Shown: one piece after another, positions 61,248 through 64,000 of the stretch
Layout: each line of letters starts with the position of its first letter
How positions within the stretch are numbered: position 1 is the first letter of the stretch
NCBI GenBank assembly: GCA_963809895.1
Contig: CAWELD010000010.1
Span: 1,120,001 to 1,184,000, forward strand
Direction: 5' to 3'
Origin: an uncultured Gemmatimonadales bacterium
GTDB lineage: Bacteria > Gemmatimonadota > Gemmatimonadetes > Longimicrobiales > Gaopeijiaceae
Length of the DNA stretch: 64,000 bases
Program-made: the position numbers and the translations under genes
Notes under the pieces: model-generated
The model's database searches: none
The model's input: only the letters and a program-made list of their open reading frames with translations
What the model was told of the DNA's origin: nothing

Positions 61248-62668
61248 CCATCGCGGGTGGTGTTATCAGGCCGTTCTTGGCGAGTTCGGTCGCGCGCGGA
61301 TTGCGGGCTGCAGTCCGCATTGGCCTCTTGTTGATCGCCGCGCGGGCGTATTCCCTTGCTGAGGTAGGGCAGTTCGCCTTCGTGATGGGAACCGGCACCC
61401 TGATCATCGGCCTCCTGGATCTCGGTGTGACCAGCCTGTTGCAGAGAGAGGTGGCTGCCCGGGGGTTCGATGCTGGCGTCTTGGAGCGGCGCGCCTTCTT
61501 GGTCCGAATCCTCACGCTGCCCCTGGGGATCGCCCTGTCATGGGGAATGGTCATCGGCATTACCGGCGATTTCTCCAGTTCGGCCCTGGGAACCCTCCTG
61601 TTCGTGGCAGGACTTGCCACCGCAGAGTTTCTTGCGGGGTTGCGGCGGGCTCGCGGAGAGTTCGACCTCGAGCCACTCGAGGTTGCCCCAGCCACCCTGG
61701 CTGGGATCGTCGCCGGGCTGGTCGTTGCCGTAGCCCACGGATCCGTAGGCCTGTTTCAATCGGTAGTAGGGATCGCCACTGCCCTTGCCGTGCTGCCGAG
61801 GGCAGCATTGGTCCGACGCAGACTATGGTCGGAACCCGCTCCGCCTGGCCCAGCACTTTTCGACCTCCTGTGGCAAGCAAGATGGTTCTGGCTTATCACC
61901 GCCGGCGCTCTGGTGCTTTTCGAAGCTCCAGCGATCTTGTTGCGGAGGCTGGCGAGTGAAGAGGCGGTTGCGCTTTATGCCACGGCGATGCGGGCAGTGG
62001 GCTTGGCTTCACAGCCGTTCGCCGTCTTGACAGCTGTGTTCGTCCCATCTCTCGCGTTCGAATCCAACGCCCACCGGGACGGATACCTCGAGTCCGTTCG
62101 CGGCATGAACAGATTGTTCCTTGTGGGTACGCCCGTGGCGATTGCGCTGGCCCTCGGTGGGGGTGTCCTGTTTCTTCGAGGAGCGGGGCCCGAATACACC
62201 GGTGCCCTGACGACGCTTTGGGTACTGGTGGTGGGAACCCTGGTTTACCTCGGAGCGCCGAGCGCCGGGCCGCTCTTGGTCGAGGGACTCGAGCGAGCGC
62301 TGGCCGTTGCAGTTCTTCTCGCCTCAATCGTTACGATCGGGCTCTGCACCATCCTCGCGCCCACCATGGGCGCCGCGGGCGCCGCGTTGGCTGCAGCGGG
62401 GGGCTTCACATTTGGAAAGATCGCACATGCGTTCCTTTATCAACATCGGCGCCTTCCGGCCCTCGGAGCCAGAGGCGTCGTAATTGCCTGTGCGACTGTA
62501 GTGTGGATTAGTGTCTCCTATCTGTTGCAAGGTCCCTGGAACGTGATGCTCCTCACAGTGGGTGCGATCGGCAGCGGGATCATGACGCTCCGGACTGTCA
62601 TGTACCTCCGGTTGTTCCAGCGGACGAAGCGCTTGATGAGCCATTCATCGTTCAAAGGTCGAGACTAA
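61244..62668 (+). CDS. Polysaccharide flippase (Wzx-like)
   Basis: About 12-14 TM segments; 'LDLG', 'VALYATA', 'MGAAGAALA'. Confidence 0.78.
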   Translation: MTIAGGVIRPFLASSVARGLRAAVRIGLLLIAARAYSLAEVGQFAFVMGTGTLIIGLLDLGVTSLLQREVAARGFDAGVLERRAFLVRILTLPLGIALSWGMVIGITGDFSSSALGTLLFVAGLATAEFLAGLRRARGEFDLEPLEVAPATLAGIVAGLVVAVAHGSVGLFQSVVGIATALAVLPRAALVRRRLWSEPAPPGPALFDLLWQARWFWLITAGALVLFEAPAILLRRLASEEAVALYATAMRAVGLASQPFAVLTAVFVPSLAFESNAHRDGYLESVRGMNRLFLVGTPVAIALALGGGVLFLRGAGPEYTGALTTLWVLVVGTLVYLGAPSAGPLLVEGLERALAVAVLLASIVTIGLCTILAPTMGAAGAALAAAGGFTFGKIAHAFLYQHRRLPALGARGVVIACATVVWISVSYLLQGPWNVMLLTVGAIGSGIMTLRTVMYLRLFQRTKRLMSHSSFKGRD

Positions 62669-62708
62669 TGTTCCTACGCAACGTTCCAGGCCGGAACGGC
62701 ATTGGGAG

Positions 62709-63728
62709 GTGACCTCAGTCATGCACGTTCCCGCTGACGTTGCCTCTATCTTCCGGACACAGCCCATCCGATTGGCAGACATCGGGGCGCGCGGGGGGTG
62801 GCAGGCAAAATGGCGCGAAGTGTCAGACCACATGGTCTTCGTGGGCTTTGAGCCCGAGCAGACCGAGTTCGAGCGCCTGTGCGCGGTGGCCGCGGCGAAC
62901 GAGGTCTACTCGGATGCGGCATTGTATCGCCGGGAGGATTGTATTCCGTTTTATCACACTCGTGATCCGGCCACGTCGTCGATCTATCGGCCGAATCGCG
63001 CACTCTGGCAGCAGTTGCTACCGAACACCGAGCGCCTGGACATCGTCCGGACGGACACCCTTGAGGCGCGTACTCTTGATGAGGCGCTGAGAGATGTCGG
63101 CCTGTCTGGTCTCGACTTCATCAAGCTCGATACCCAGGGAAGCGAGTTGGACATACTCCATGGGGCCACTGAGACCCTTGCGGGGGATGTCTTCGGGATT
63201 GAGGTCGAAGTGGAATTCGCGGAGCTCTACGAGGGACAGCCGCTCTTTCCAGACGTCCACGCACACTTGACCGGCGGGGGCTTCGACTTCGTGGACTTTC
63301 CAGAGTTCGTCTCGGTCTCCGACATGCGATGGTGGCGGACGTATGGTGCCCGGAAGGGGCTCTTCGGGCGTGCAGGTCGGTTCCTCAGGAGATTCATGGG
63401 TGCGCGAGGACCTTGGCGAGGCGCGAACCGGCTTCTCTACGCCGACGCCGTGTTCTTCCGCACCCCGGATGCCTTCCTCACGGGTGATGGAGGCGAGATC
63501 AGGCGCCGAGCTTTCCTAGCGGTATTCGTCAGTTGTGTGATGCGTTACTACGAGTACGCATTGGACTTCGTCGAGACCGCATGTCGTCTGGACCGTCTCT
63601 CCTCTGAAGATGGTGAGCTTCTGCGAGGGTTCACGCGGCGTGCCGCGCGCGCACCATCCACATTGGTGACAGACGTTGGACGAGTCGCACATCGTGTTGG
63701 CAGGCGGTTGCGGGGGCCGCCGCGATAG
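62709..63728 (+). CDS. FkbM family methyltransferase
   Basis: 'DIGARGG', 'GFEP', 'FIKLDTQGSELDIL', 'EVEF..LY..QPLF'. Confidence 0.88.
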   Translation: MTSVMHVPADVASIFRTQPIRLADIGARGGWQAKWREVSDHMVFVGFEPEQTEFERLCAVAAANEVYSDAALYRREDCIPFYHTRDPATSSIYRPNRALWQQLLPNTERLDIVRTDTLEARTLDEALRDVGLSGLDFIKLDTQGSELDILHGATETLAGDVFGIEVEVEFAELYEGQPLFPDVHAHLTGGGFDFVDFPEFVSVSDMRWWRTYGARKGLFGRAGRFLRRFMGARGPWRGANRLLYADAVFFRTPDAFLTGDGGEIRRRAFLAVFVSCVMRYYEYALDFVETACRLDRLSSEDGELLRGFTRRAARAPSTLVTDVGRVAHRVGRRLRGPPR

Positions 63729-63761
63729 CCGCAAGACTCTAGGGGGCGGGACACGTGGCGC

Positions 63762-64000
63762 GTGGCATTCCTGTTGGCGCTCCCGTTGATGTCGTTGGCC
63801 ATTGTGGCCGCGAAGCTGCTCAGTCCGGGGCCGGCGCTCTTCCTGCAGGAGCGCGAAGGTCGGGGCAGTCGCACCATCTGCGTGCCGAAGATCCGCACGA
63901 TGGTCGCGGATGCTGAGGAGCGGAGGGAGGAGCTTCTGGAAACGGATCCGAAGGTAGGCGAGGAATGGAATCTTGGCTCCAACCTCCGACGCGACCCGCG
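63762..64000 (+). CDS. Bacterial sugar transferase (priming phosphoglycosyltransferase C-terminal domain), runs off the window
   Basis: My translation: VAFLLALPLMSLAIVAAKLLSPGPALFLQEREG..KIRTMVADAE..LRRDP; not present in the ORF track. Confidence 0.75.
   Translation, partial: MAFLLALPLMSLAIVAAKLLSPGPALFLQEREGRGSRTICVPKIRTMVADAEERREELLETDPKVGEEWNLGSNLRRDP

Noticed and set aside
1..64000. tRNA, rRNA, CRISPR arrays, transposases, integrases, prophage
   Set aside because: None recognised by inspection; intergenic spaces are short. tRNAscan-SE or Infernal would be needed to exclude small RNAs.

Overview
High-GC bacterial chromosomal window with about 55 densely packed genes. The gene repertoire (ADOP-type duplicated permeases with PadR, a SARP/BTAD regulator, many lipoproteins) suggests Gemmatimonadota or a similar lineage; this is inference only. 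Housekeeping genes include recQ, yajQ, tyrS, purEK and greA. The standout feature is a translationally coupled minus-strand operon (25546->17370). It encodes two multiheme lipoproteins, a predicted outer-membrane beta-barrel, a 16-heme and a membrane-anchored 9-heme cytochrome c, a Rieske protein and cytochrome b, with 42 CxxCH plus 2 CX4CH motifs in total. The operon sits between the menaquinone genes menFDB and menAE and faces a divergent SARP-type regulator with 11-bp-phased repeats. It looks like a complete menaquinone-to-cell-surface electron conduit (porin-cytochrome complex joined to a Rieske/cytochrome b complex). Other notable units are an HAO-family octaheme cytochrome paired with a His-motif membrane protein, an ATP-grasp/FemAB-like GNAT/TPP-enzyme cluster, a Tat-exported sarcosine-oxidase-like flavoprotein with a cytochrome c partner, and a lower-GC polysaccharide locus at the right end. 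Four single-base frameshifts are probably sequencing errors. No rRNA, tRNA, CRISPR array or mobile element was recognised.
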